In this document: piece by piece, positions 40,090-53,410 of the stretch | How the letters are laid out: every line of letters starts with the position of its first letter | How positions within the stretch are numbered: the first letter of the stretch is position 1 | Assembly (NCBI GenBank): GCA_951406725.2 | Contig: OX597820.1 | Coordinates: 7,068,001-7,132,000, forward strand | From: Octopus vulgaris | Lineage: Eukaryota | Reading direction: 5' to 3' | DNA: 64,000 nt | Program-made: the position numbers and the translations under genes | Notes under the pieces: generated by a model | Seen by the model: the letters and a program-made list of their open reading frames with translations, nothing else | Database searches by the model: none | Told to the model about the DNA's origin: nothing

Positions 40090-40725
40090 GCTACGATCTG
40101 AGTTTAAATTCTGCCGAGGTCGACTTTACCTTTTATTCTTTCGGGATCGATTAAATAAGTACCAGTGGTGCACTGAGGTCACTGTAATCAACTTAATCCC
40201 GTACCCCAAGATGTCAGGCCTTGTGCCTACAGCAGAAAGGATTATTACTGTTATCATTAAGACAGCAGGTTGCCAGAAACAGAATGGTTTTTTGGAGTGC
40301 CATGACAGTATTTATTGAGTTCCATTCCTCTGCCTCCTGACTTGAAAATCAGTTGGAGGTCTGCGTTATTTCTTTTGTTTTTATATCTGGTTATGATAAA
40401 ATAAGTACCCAAGTGGGGTACTATATCCCAATAAATTTTAAGGCATTATACTTACATAGGAAATTATTATGTTTAAGGTGGTCGGTTGGCAGAATCGTCA
40501 AAACATTGCCTTCTGTTATTGTGTTGTTTGTTTTCTAAGTTCAAATCCTGACGCAGTCAACTTTGCCTTTCATCCTTTTTTCGGGGGTTGATAAAAATAG
40601 ATGGGCCCTTTTCATCAACTAAACAATGGCCCCATGAGTTGAAAGGGTCTTCGTATCCATTGGAAACAATTGTTTGAAAAGAGTTGGACTGGCAGAATCT
40701 TTCGAATGTCAGAAAAATACCTTGT
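40090..40725 (+). mobile_element. Cluster of 3-4 co-oriented diverged SINE family A fragments
   Basis: Core motifs at about 40098-40248, 40315-40420 and 40475-40600; head remnant at about 40680-40724. Confidence 0.65.
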
Positions 40726-40994
40726 GGGCGCTGGTGACGGATGTGGCAGTAGATAAAAGGAGGCATTGAGAGGAAGGCAGTGGATTGAGGGACGCTATGA
40801 ATTTATGATATTATTATAGTATTGTATAATATATTGAATATATTTATTGTATAAATTATATATATATATATATATCAAATATATAAATTAATAAATTATA
40901 AAATATTTATTTATATATAAAAATAGAGGTGGGGCGCTGGGAGTATGATGTGGCCATGAGGCAGGCAGTGGCCCCAAAGGTTTGAAAACCCCTG
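40725..40994. mobile_element. Possible hAT-type MITE remnant
   Basis: Ends aaaggtttgaaaacccctg; its reverse complement CAGGGGTTTTCAAACC resembles hAT/Charlie TIRs. The partner TIR was not clearly seen. Confidence 0.35.
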
Positions 40995-41109
40995 TATTAA
41001 AGGATGCTCTACATTTGTATTGAGTCTTGTCATTTATCGCATCTAGCGAATCAACAGAGAGTTATATGTGTGTGTGTGTATGTGTATGTATGTGTATATA
41101 TATATATGT

Positions 41110-41490
41110 ACTTTTTATCTTTTTTCAGTCAATGGATTGTGGTCATGCTGGGGCACTGGTTTAAAGTATTTCAATCGAATCCATTGACCCCCAGAATTTA
41201 CTGCTTTTAAAAGACCGGTATTAATTTTATCGATTTCATATCGAACCTCTATGATATGGGGACATAACACAGAGCAACAGCCATTGTCAAGAGGAGGATG
41301 TGAACAAACACAATGCACACACACATAAACGGCCGTAATCCTCCAGTTTCCGTCTACCAGATCCATTCCCAAAGCTTCCGCCTGCCCGTAACCATAGCAG
41401 ACGACATTTTCCCAGGAAAGTGTCACGCAGTGGATCTGAACCTGTGGTTGGGAAGCAAACTTCTTACGAAATAGTAAAGCCTTCACCTGT
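41110..41490 (-). mobile_element. SINE family B, old near-full-length copy
   Basis: gtggtcatgctggggcact...cagtttccgtctaccagatcca...gtcacgcagtggatctgaacc. Confidence 0.75.
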
Positions 41491-41509
41491 ATATATATAT
41501 ATATATATT

Positions 41510-41689
41510 CAAAATGTGACCGCGTGTGTACCGTTGGCGATTTTTTCCTCCGTCTTCCCTTCTATGGATCTTTCCTTTTCCTATGTTTCAGACGAAGAGA
41601 TCCGCTCCAAACGTTAAATCCTCCTTCTTTCTTTCCTTTCCTGAGCGTCCAATAACACCATACTTGTTTCATGTCCTCGCGGGATTAAC

Positions 41690-41690
<1 letters not shown>
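41510..41690 (+). mobile_element. Penelope-like short repeat with degenerate HHR (41585-41619)
   Basis: gttt-CAGACGA-A-GAGA tcc GCTC-CAA-ACGT-T-aaat; shared ttggcgattttt and cctgagcgtc motifs; ends in (TA)n. Confidence 0.6.
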
Positions 41691-41749
<59 letters not shown>

Positions 41750-41975
41750 ATTAATAATCTAAAACAAGAAACGAACAAAAAACACAACAACGAGAAAGAA
41801 AACAATAACGCGAGGACGTGGTACATATAAAGTATTAGCAGACGCTCAGGGAAGGAAAGGAAGGTGGTTTTTACGTTTCGAGCAAAGTTCTTCAGAAACA
41901 GAGAAAAGTCCAAGAGAAAAGGAAGAAGGGGAAAAAATCGCCAAAATTACACATGTAGTTGCAGTTTGAAATGAC
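41750..41975 (-). mobile_element. Penelope-like short repeat with HHR remnant (41867-41899), inverted to the previous copy
   Basis: gttt-CTGAAGA-actttgctc-GAA-ACGT-A-aaaac, with helix II partly deleted. Confidence 0.6.
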
Positions 41976-42450
41976 TGGAAGGGAATGGATGAAGAAAAAG
42001 TTCTTTCTGAGACAGGAGAGTGGAAGAGAAGGAGGTATATGTGTGTATGTGTGGGTATGTGCGCGCGAGAATTTGTGTGTGTGTGGCTGTAACTGAGTGC
42101 GTTTGTGTGTATGTGGATGGTAGTAACTGTGTGTGTGTATGTTGTGTGTGTAGTATTAACTGATCATATGCGTATGTGTGAGTGAACTTTGAGTCTGTTA
42201 ATGTTGTAAGAAAGAATTCAGCAGGTATGGTAACAGAAGTTGTGGTCGTTTGTGGTTCTGATAATATAAAAATAAGGATTACTCCGAAGTAACAATGGCT
42301 TTACCTTTAATTCGATAATTACATAACGCCTTTAAGGCCAACACATGCTTCAAATGCACACACACACACTCACATGTGTATGCCGCGTGCGCGCATATGT
42401 ATGTACTTATATGTATGGTTATATGTATGCGTGTATATATATATATATAT

Positions 42451-42502
42451 CTGACGAAGCTACATATATCCTTGTGATATTAATAGCTGAAACTGTACGG
42501 TA
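42451..42502 (+). ncRNA. Hammerhead ribozyme-like motif
   Basis: CTGACGA-AGCTA..21 nt..TAGCT-GAA-ACTGTACGGT-A. Intact core, 5-bp helix II, self-complementary helix III, GUA triplet. The 5' strand of helix I is replaced by (TA)n. Confidence 0.6.
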
Positions 42503-42666
42503 CGTAGGTGATTATTCCATTTCGTATATTTCTTTTGTCTTATCCATTGCTTTAGGTCGTGCTGAATTTTATTTTTATTTGAGAACAAAATCTTTGTGGA
42601 GAATGGCGATTTGACGTCTATATCTAGCATGTTGACTGTCCACCTTTTCGTGTTCAGTCCTTAATT

Positions 42667-42723
<57 letters not shown>

Positions 42724-42736
42724 ATGTAATTTGTTA

Positions 42737-43497
42737 CTTGTAACAGTCGGCACATGTCCCTGCTGTACTGGTATATGAACCGCCCATTCTGTAGCAGCTG
42801 TGTGGTCCGATTCTGTTGTATTGTTATTAACTTTTTAACTGTATAAGGTTTTGAAACGCATTACTTGTGACTACGCTTGCGTTTGAGTGACTTGATGACA
42901 AACTTTGAAAAGTCTCAATAATACAAACTAGAAGATATTCAGATGCATGCGTGCACTTGTGCTATTCCTGTCTGAGTATGCAAGTGTTAATGCGCGAAAC
43001 GCTCCCACCCCACCCTCGTCCAATGGACGGTGCTCAGTTGTCAAACATTTAAACCAAATTTTCTCAAAACAACTTTGAGAATCACTGATTTAACCTACAT
43101 TTGAGACAGCAGCAAAAGAAGAAGTAAAGATAGACTTTTTTTCTATTCCAAAGAAAAACGATTTTATTCACACAAATATGCAAAAGACTATATACTGCAT
43201 TTTGTGGCATTATTTCAAGCCAGCCGGATTTTTTTGCGCAAACTGCACGTGTATTTTTCTCGCGTACGCGTAGTATCGATCGCAACGGCTGATGTACTTG
43301 CGCTTACAAATGCACGTTTCCATGGCTTTATCGATAACATTCTCACCTGGAATCTATTTTTGTAATTTTGTCAAGACTTATACACGCCCTGATACCGTCA
43401 GTATCTATTTAACAAATTTGAGGGCAATCGGATGGAGGATGCTCAAGATCCTAGAAGATACACACACAGATAGACAGAACGGATTTTATATAATAGA
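42737..43497 (-). mobile_element. Probable non-autonomous Helitron-like element
   Basis: Minus strand starts A|TCTATTATATAAAATCCGTTCTGTCTATCTG; degenerate 3' hairpin and CAAG|T end. Confidence 0.45.
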
Positions 43498-45758
43498 TGT
43501 TTCTGTGTGTGTCTGTATAGCCTTCTTTATAAGTATCTCACTATAAAAACGGCTGATATAAATGTTGAATTGTTGGTTGACTGATATGTTCAGTTATGCT
43601 CTAAATTTTATAGAGATTGGGGAGGGAACAGACAAGAAATTGGGAAAGATTTAACATAATGGGTGCAGGATGAGTCTACACACAAGGCTTGGTGGCAGGC
43701 AAAGAGTAAAAGAAGGTTATATCAAGCATACACAGTGAAAGGAGAAGAATCATAGAGAAAGAGAAGAAAGGCAAGAGAGAGAGAGAGAGAAAATGACAAA
43801 GTAGTTGTTGACACGTTTGTTTGGCTTGGTATATTCTAATTGATATTAGTCATTGTAGCAAAATTATATTTCCAAAGCCATTCACGATGAGCAACACTAT
43901 TCTTCTAATGAATGACTGGTTTGATTTTGTATTCGTTATTTTCTTTCGTGTCATAAATAAAACGTGTTATCACATACGTCATACATCATTATAAATTATA
44001 TTGTCATTATGTACAAGATATATATTGTCACTTAATTAAAGACTTAAAACATTATTTGTCTAATTAATTTATCTAACATTGATAGGTTTTTTAATGAAAA
44101 ATGACATTTTTTTTTCCTGTAACCATTTTACCTTCGCAAAATGATGAGATTTCTTTGAGTTTTTTTTCCACTCACCGATTGGAATGTGATTCTTTAGTTA
44201 TCTGAGTTTTATCAGTGGAAAAGGGGAAGACTCGGGCACATGGATCTCCGTGACCCTTCCGGCTGATCCCTCCAGGCTGATCCCGTAAGTGTTTCTCGTG
44301 AATGATTGCAAGAGAACACTTGAATAAGGTAAGATAACGAAGTGGAGCGATTCCGGAAGGGTGAGGTTGTGGGAAGGTCAGACTGGACGCAGGGGTTAGT
44401 ACTGAGTTTACGGGGTTAAAGGATAAAAGGATGAGAGAAAGTGAGAAGCTGAAAGCAAGTGACAGGGGTCCAGTCCGCTGCCAAGAGAAGAGGCCATTTT
44501 AGTAGCGTTAGGAAATGAAGATACAGGAGATAACTCGTTTGTGGGTCAGAGGCTGGGTCTCCTTGGTAGTGATGGTGTAGCAATCAGATAAGGATGGGAA
44601 GATTTTCTGGATGTCTTTCAGATTTTGGGATAGCTAAAAGTAACAAACATATCTCCCTCAAATCACACCCTGCTGTATTTCTAAGAAAAACAAAGAATAT
44701 GCCGACTAACTGAAAAGAGAAATTCCTAAATCTACCCGTAATAACTGTGTAGTTACGGTACCGAATTTCTTGCTAAAGGCCACATTTTATTGAAATATAA
44801 TGGTGGCTAATATTTTAAGTGACTTAATAACAGTATATGACTTGTTCACACAGATAACATAATTTCTATAATGAAATTACATGAATATGACCAAACACTC
44901 ACTCACACATGCTCACACACAAAGACACACACTCGCAAGTACACACACACACACACACACACATACACACACATACACACACACACTTGCATGTATGGAA
45001 TTAAACGATGAAACAAATATAGAAAATTGATATCGTTTATTCATTGAAGTTTTATTATTTACTGAATTTGGAAGCTAAGCATCCTCCCATTGTGCGTGTG
45101 TGTGTGTGTGCCTGCTTCTGTGAGTGTATGTCTGTGTTACGATGAATGTATGTGCGTGTTTGTGTGAATATGTACTGCATCACTTCCCTTGTGCTGCCCA
45201 TTAGATAAGGCATTGAGAAGTAGATAGAAAAATATTTGGAATCTGAAGGAAGTGTCTCTATTAGCAACAATCACAATGGCGTTTTGAGGATACCAATAAT
45301 TTAGCTGACCAACAGGACTGGAAAATGTTAATGTTGCAGGTTGTAAAACTCCAACGTTTGAGCCTGAACAAACAAGAAATGTACCTTGTAGTACCTCAGC
45401 TAGATTTCGGATTTGTTGTACTCCCGAAGGAGAGAGCAGATATGAAGTCAAGTAATTTATAATTAGGAATTCAATTTAAAAAAAATAGCAATTAGCATAT
45501 TATGTTATCAACGAATTTGGAAGAACTTTGAAGATTATTATTTTAATGAATATTTTCCAAACTAAAATTTCTGCAGTAAAATAAACTAAAGCATCGAAAG
45601 AAAAGTATGATGGAACGTTAAACTAATTTAAAACCTAAAAGGATGGCTAACATACCTAAAAGTAAACCTCTGTCAAGAATATTTGGTCAAGATTTATTGA
45701 GAGGCCACGTCTCGTTCCATATATATCTGTTAAAAATACATTAATATTTTAATTGTTA

Positions 45759-45981
45759 AGGCGGCGAGCTGGCAGTAACGTCAGCACGCTGGGCGAAATG
45801 CCTAGCGGTATTTCGTCTGCCGTTAAGTTCCGAGTTCAAATTCCGCCGAGGTCGACTTTGCCTTTCATCCTTTCGGTGATCGATAAATTAAGTACCAGTA
45901 GCGTCCTGGGGTCGATCTCATCGACTTAATCCCCTTGTTTGTCCCCTCTATGTTTAGCCCCCTGTGGGCAATAAAGAAATA
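45759..45981 (+). mobile_element. SINE family A
   Basis: Full head GGCGGCGAGCTGGCAG; 16-bp TSD aatatttta(a/g)ttgtta at 45743-45758 and 45982-45997. Confidence 0.9.
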
Positions 45982-46029
45982 AATATTTTAGTTGTTATTA
46001 TAATGCAAAAATTTAGAGTGTCAATTTGT

Positions 46030-46235
46030 GATTCCAATGTATCGATATATAACTGTTCCAGTTCAATATACGTCTTACTACGCTATATCAATGTCCTGCT
46101 TCAATAGCGATGTCCCAGTTTAAAGTATATTGTCTCAGTTCAGTGTCCCACTTCATTTTATCATTGTCCCAACATATATTGTCCCAATTCAATATAAAAT
46201 ATCGCAGTTCAATACAACGATGTCTTATTTCCACA
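46030..46235. repeat. Degenerate ~15-35 bp minisatellite (tgtcccagttcaat-like unit)
   Basis: tgtccc/tgttcc...ttcaat recurs about 8 times. Confidence 0.55.
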
Positions 46236-46493
46236 TATCAATATGGCGGTGTAAAATATTACATTCTAGATTCACTACAAAACTGCCACATTCCGTATGT
46301 GTAAACTTGCTCCAGATCAAGCAATAAGAAAGTAATCAATACAATCGATACATTAATTAATTCTGGACAACTGATTTACACGGTAGAGTGGAAAATTAAA
46401 AGAGTCAGAAATTAAAAGTTGATTGGAATCTCGAAGTGTTGTTAAAGGTTGAGTGCAGAAGAGAATATTTTAGAAGGTAAGGAAAGTAGAAAC

Positions 46494-46663
46494 GGAGGGG
46501 GAGGGAGGCCGATATATGTGTGTGCGTTTGTGCGTGTGTGTGTATACGGTGGTGTTCTAGCATGGCCGCAGCCGCATGGCTGAAAACACTAAAAGAATAT
46601 ATATGCTTGTATATGTCTGTGTGTATGTCTTTCTGTTTGTGTCATGTGTCTACACACACACAC

Positions 46664-46694
<31 letters not shown>

Positions 46695-46709
46695 CATACA
46701 TATGTGCAC

Positions 46710-46768
<59 letters not shown>

Positions 46769-47445
46769 CTATTTTATTAACATATTATACGACTAAACGC
46801 ACGCACCCTATTAAGTAAGATTGTTCTGTTTATCAAGTTAGCCTTGATATTAACTCTCACGCGACTCTGCATCTTTCTTTCTTTCTATTCCATTCCCTTT
46901 TTCGTCTTTTTTCCCTCACTTAACTTGTCTCTTCCTCTCTCTCTCATTCTTCATTCTCTCTCTCCCCCTCACCATTCTTCATGGTCTCCTCGCACCATTC
47001 CCCTTCTTCTCTCTCTTCCTCTTGCTCCTCCTCCCCCATTCCCGTCGTCCATCTGCGACGATACTTCCGTCGTAACTGCTATCCTGTCTTTTCTCGCCCG
47101 CCTTCTAAGGCCACTGGTCGACATTCCTGCTCTCTCGTCGTCCACTATAATCCAGCGTTTGCAATACTTTTTTCGTCTGGCGTAAACAGCCCTTCTTATC
47201 TTGTTCTCCTTGTCCTGTCTCTCACTGTTATATATTTATTTTTCCACTGTTTATATATATTTTTTTACTGTTTATATGTTTGTACTGGAGGGGGAGGGTC
47301 GGCCGATTATATGTGTGTGCGTTTGTGCGTGTGTGTGTATATGGTGGTGTTCTAGCATGGCCGCAGCCGCATGGCTGAAAACACTAAAAGAATATATATG
47401 CTTGTATATGTCTGTGTGTATGTCTTTCTGTTTGTGCATGTGTCT

Positions 47446-47480
<35 letters not shown>

Positions 47481-47495
47481 CATACATATGTGCAC

Positions 47496-47530
<35 letters not shown>
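46494..47530. repeat. ~250-270 bp direct duplication (46494-46765 and 47287-47530) around a ~520-bp spacer
   Basis: Near-identical blocks including ggtgttctagcatggccgcagccgcatggctgaaaacactaaaagaata. Confidence 0.85.
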
Positions 47531-47534
<4 letters not shown>

Positions 47535-47744
47535 CATACACACACACAGCACACGCACACACACATATGTATATATATACATACAAGCATACCTAGAGAT
47601 GAGGGATTTATGTTGTATGATATTTGACATACCTATATTTGTCGAATACATTCAAATACTGGTCACCATCACTAAATATTTATCATTTCATTTTTTATTA
47701 CATTATGCAAATTACTCAGTACATAACTGTTTTCTCCTTTACAT

Positions 47745-47955
47745 TATTTACATTTGACAGATATTTGTCCTCATCTTGTTTGCTGTTAACACAACTTTTC
47801 GACTGATATACCCTCCAGCCTTCATCAGGTATCTTGGGGAAATTTCGAACCTGGGAACTCATATTATAATCATTACTATTATTCAGGTCACTGCCTGGAA
47901 TCGAACTCGGTATCTTGGGGTTAGTAGCCCACACTCTTAAACATTACGCTATATG
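47745..47955 (-). mobile_element. Composite element: tRNA-like Pol III head plus hammerhead-bearing 3' module
   Basis: Head TAGCGTAATGT..ggg-CTACTAA-ccc..GAGTTCGATTCC (47886-47955). HHR gatac-CTGATGA-A-GGCTG gagggtatat CAGTC-GAA-AAGT-T-gtgtt (47788-47833). Confidence 0.7.
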
Positions 47956-48057
47956 GAGGCTGGAGGGTATATCAGCCGAAACATTGTGGAAAGCAGCCCA
48001 TGTTTTTACTTTATTCAACTGACATATCATTCTATATACTATCACACAAATTCCTAA

Positions 48058-48110
<53 letters not shown>

Positions 48111-48494
48111 AATAAAGATTGTGATAAATACATATTATATATATTTCTACATATGTATGTATATCTCTGCATATATCAAACAATATAAGGAACAGAATAG
48201 GTAAAAAAAATTACCACATATGTTTCAAAGATAGACTTTGTATGTTTTACTAACATATACAAAAAGTAGTTTGGCTAATCGTCAGATTCAATAAACTGCG
48301 GTTGTTTAATTCGTCACAGGGAGAAGAGCGAAGAGGACTTGCTAAACTGTTTCTCTGTGTGTTGAGTGTTAAGAAATATAAAGTTTAGTTCGGAATCATA
48401 TGAACTCTTTAATTAACTTTTCCATGCCTTTTTTTCATTTTATTATTATTGAGAGAAAAATGCTTGCCATTAAAGTGACAATGAGGTAAAATAT

Positions 48495-48960
48495 ACGAAG
48501 CCCAGTATACCCATCATGACTATCCGTCTGATAAGGGTACACCAGATACAGGCATCACAAACATATGTGTGCGACATGGTGATCGCATATCAAGATAAAC
48601 AGCGCACGACATTGCAGGTGGGGCCCAGTTAGAATTTTTTTTTCAGGTCAGGTAGCCCATCCCGCTCAAACTGAAGCTCCAAAGGTGAATTATTCAAGCC
48701 CCAAAGAATACTTCCCAATACATGACTATGATGCTCCCTCACTACTTGTGCTAGTTATCGGAGATGCACTTACTAAGGGACATACTCAGCTGGTTATGGT
48801 CAAACAACTGACTTGCAAATCTGTGGTACTGAGCAGAATATTTATACCAATACCAAACAATGTACATGATAAAACTTCCAATCAGTTAAGATCAGAAGCC
48901 ATGAGAGCCACTGCCTGGTACTATAACAGGGCACTTCTTCTTCTTCTTATTATTATTATT
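48495..48960 (+). mobile_element. Probable retroposon 3' fragment with (CTT)n(ATT)n tail
   Basis: GC-richer block ending cagggca-cttcttcttcttcttattattattatt; family not identified. Confidence 0.4.
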
Positions 48961-49429
48961 TTAAAAAGTTTAATTCGGCCCCGTGCGTATACTCATCATA
49001 AGAATATAGTTCATCTGTCGACCGAATAAGGGGTTGGAGTAAATCGAAAATGACTGCTGAGAATTGGGCTGCCGTTGGTCAATGTGCTATTGGCACATAT
49101 GCTATTGTTGATAATTGCCGAATCAAGCCGTTTTTACTCTATGTAACTTGTACCAAATGTGTTCACTGTCTGTTTCTTTTGATGAAATAAGCACCAGTTG
49201 AACACTGGGTTCAATGTAATCGACTAAATTACTACTGAGCAGGAGTATAAAAACTGCAGCCCTTTCCCATGCCTTGTAGAAATAGAGTGGCAAGTTAGGG
49301 TCATCAAACGGAAGCTCCAAATCCCAGCCTGCACACCGAACCCGCAAATGGGTCTTGCAGCGGTCTAAACATAGGCAATGACAATGCAGTGCAATCCACT
49401 ATATGTATTTCCAAGGAATCTAATCCTTT

Positions 49430-49610
49430 TAGCTTAGTTTTTCCTTGGGGCTGGCCAGATTGAAGCAATCTCAAGATTAATCAGCCGAAATTGCGAGGAT
49501 GATCCGGTTCTTGACTGAAGATTAAAGGCTTCGAATGACGCATCCGTGATTTTTTGTATCGTCTATCTGGATGTTTTGTGTTCTTTTCCCATTTTGCATT
49601 TCATATATAT
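49430..49610 (+). mobile_element. Interspersed repeat (family of 30131-30300) ending at (TA)n
   Basis: gccgaaattgcgaggatgatccggttcttgactgaagatt shared with 30215-30264 in reverse. Confidence 0.65.
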
Positions 49611-49708
49611 ATTAAACTATGGTTGCAGAACAAACAAATTTAATTGAGCTCTTCTATAGCAGTCCTATTAAACATTTTGTTCCTGATAAGAAACAATCAC
49701 TTTATTAT

Positions 49709-49752
<44 letters not shown>

Positions 49753-50344
49753 CGCCGTACGTACACTATGTTCTCTTACATATATATATTACATACACAG
49801 AGATTTAGAAAATAGACGGACAGACAAAAAAGGAAGATACATTTAATATGACAAAGCAAAATATTGTTCATCGATAATTAAAAACATTTAATTAAGACAT
49901 TAAAATATTTAATAAAGTAAGTAAAATTGAAAGTACACAACATTGTTCCAAAGTATACTACAGACGTGTTTTGGCACAAGAGGAAACCATTAGAATACCA
50001 GAGGCTACATTAGTACAAGAGTAAAGATGGTGACACTCAACACAGAAAACAACACATACTCTCAATAAACACACACACACACACACATGCATGCATACAT
50101 ACACACACGGCCACACACGTACCGCCATAATTCACAGGATTTTACCCTCAAGAAATAAACTGTTGTTGTGCTTGTTGCTATTGTTGTTGTTGTTATTGTT
50201 GCTATTGTCGCTGAGGTTGTTATTTATATACGTGCATGATATATATATATATACGTGTGTGTGATTCTTTTATATCATGTATATCTATATTTAAACGTTC
50301 AGACGCACACATCAATACGCACCTTCACTCACAAGATGCATATA

Positions 50345-50402
<58 letters not shown>

Positions 50403-50422
50403 AATATATATACATACATAAA

Positions 50423-50461
<39 letters not shown>

Positions 50462-50636
50462 GTGCATATATACATACATGCATGAATGTATATATACACA
50501 CATACACATCTATGTATGTAGGTGTATATGTATATATATATATAGATGTATATGTGTATATATATACATTCATATATAGATGTATATGTGTATATATATA
50601 TATAGATATATATGTATGTATGTATATATATATATG

Positions 50637-50675
<39 letters not shown>

Positions 50676-51031
50676 CTATGTATGTATATTCATGCAATCA
50701 CACATCGATCCATATAGAATTTGTGTGTGCTCGTGCAGGTGCTTGCATATGTGGATGTATGTGTATATATATGCATGTGTCTATATTTAAGTATGTGTGC
50801 GTGTGTATAATATCTCCATTACAAATAATTTACTGGAATGCTTCCTTCTTTCCATTCTGAAATGAATTTTAGGTTGATTTATATTAATATTACTTTTTTT
50901 GTTTCGCCGTTACTAAGATTACTCTCCAGGTAAAATCTGGAAGTCTTTTACAATGAAATCAGCAAAATATGGCGGAAATAACACACACACACAGACAAAC
51001 GCGCTGACACACACACCCACTCACTCACTCA

Positions 51032-51076
<45 letters not shown>

Positions 51077-51370
51077 GCACACAAGAATACAGACACATAA
51101 ATTTACATGTACAAACGGAAAATAGTTTAATATATAGTACAAAATATCAAAATATAAAGAAATATTTAATAATATTTTTTTGATTTTATTATTATCATTA
51201 TTATTATAGTTATTATTATTAATACTATTATTATTACTTACTTCGCATATGTAACGATCTCCGAAAATAGCTTAGAAGTTAATTCTGAACTGTTTAACAA
51301 CTGAAAATACACACATCCTCACACATATACACACATAAAACAGTATACACATACATATATGTATACATAC

Positions 51371-51434
<64 letters not shown>

Positions 51435-51816
51435 AAGTATGTATGTAAATATATATATATATATATATATATTAATGTGTGTATATATGTGTCAAGTGTG
51501 TATATTTTTTCGTTTGTTCTTTTATTGATTAGTTTTTCTTTTCGAAACTTACCTACAAAGAGAAGACAAAAGAAAACAAGAAATTAGATATTTATGGATA
51601 TTTCAAATAGATCGATTCTATAACGGGAATATATACAGAATACATAAATGTGTGTGTATAAATATATTGATATATATATATATATGCGTGGGGTGTGTGC
51701 GCGTATTGATATAAATGTACATGTAATATATATGCAGATATATATATATATATAAATATATGGATATTTTATATCAATATATAAATATATATATATATTC
51801 TCGCGTATACACACAT

Positions 51817-51867
<51 letters not shown>

Positions 51868-52071
51868 TATATATATATATACAGACACCTACACGTTCAT
51901 ATGGGCATATGTTTATATATATGTATACAAACGCACATACAAATTTATATACATATATCTTATATATATACAGACATCTACACGTTCATATGTGCATATG
52001 TTTATATATATGCATACACACACACACAAATTTATATATATATTTATATGTATGTATACACACACATACAA

Positions 52072-52109
<38 letters not shown>

Positions 52110-52804
52110 GCGCGCGCGTGTATTACGGCCATATATCTTTCAAAGATTCATAAGAAAGGAAAATTTAAGAAAATGTTACATCAGTTTTTATTGTTTTCGC
52201 TAACGTTTTGTATTTGACGCGTTGTCGCTCTTGTTGTTGTTGTTGTTGTGATTGTTGCTATTGTTAGTGATATTGTTGTTGTGGCTGTTGCTATTGTTGT
52301 TGCTGTTATTGTTGTGGTCGTCTTTTGTTTCGTTGATAAGTTTTTAATATTTATTTCATGAACAACTGAAGAACACTGCAATTGTGAATAGAATTTTTAA
52401 TAAAACATGGAGCTGGTTCTGTGATAAAATATGATGTGTTCGTCTTTGGAACTGTCAGCAGCAATACATAGTCACCCAGAACACCACGACTTACACACGT
52501 GGAACATTGATTCATGCATACATAAACGCACACATACACACACATATAAGATATACTAGTGTGTGTGTGTGTGTGTGTGCATACACGTCCTCTTATTTGT
52601 GTGTGTGTGACTGTGTTTGACTGTGTGTGTGTATGTATATATGTATTTATGGGATCTGAATTGGGCAGCTGGATAGGGTAAGGGGTAGTCAGCAGCGAAT
52701 TTAGCTGTTCATATCTCGCTACGGACGCCATACCGTACGGCAGATACAGGTTTATGCCAGAATATATTTCCTATCGGCGCAAACAGAAATATCTTGCTTT
52801 ATTC

Positions 52805-53410
52805 ATATATGCATACACACACACATACATGCATGCATGCATGCATACATACATACATATATACATGCATGCATACATACATACAAACATACACACATAC
52901 ATACATACATACACACACACATACATGCATGCATGCATACATACATACATACATACATACCGTACATACATACATGCAAACATACATACATACATACATA
53001 CACACATACAAACATACATACATATATAATACATACATACATACACACATACATACATGCATGCATGCATACACACATACATACATACATACATACATAC
53101 ATACATCTATACATACATATATACATGCATGCCTACATACATACAAACATACACATACATGCATACATACATACACACATACATGCATACATGCATGCAT
53201 GCATACATACATACATACATACATACATACATACCGTACATACATTCATGCAAACATACATACATACATACATACATACACACATACAAACATACATACA
53301 TATATACATACATACATACATGCATACATGCATGCATGCATACATACATACATACATACATACATGCATACATACGTACATACATGCATACATACACACA
53401 CACACACACA
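52805..53410. repeat. (CATA)n/(CATG)n compound microsatellite with internal higher-order duplication
   Basis: Directly visible; the block taccgtacataca..catgcaaac occurs at about 52958 and 53232. Confidence 0.9.

Noticed and set aside
46030-46235. CRISPR-like repeat-spacer array
   Set aside because: Units are degenerate and irregular, the context is eukaryotic, and there are no cas genes.
47886-47955. Functional tRNA gene (anticodon ACT)
   Set aside because: Acceptor and anticodon stems are defective; it is a SINE-type head. The same applies to the tRNA-like heads of families A, B and C.
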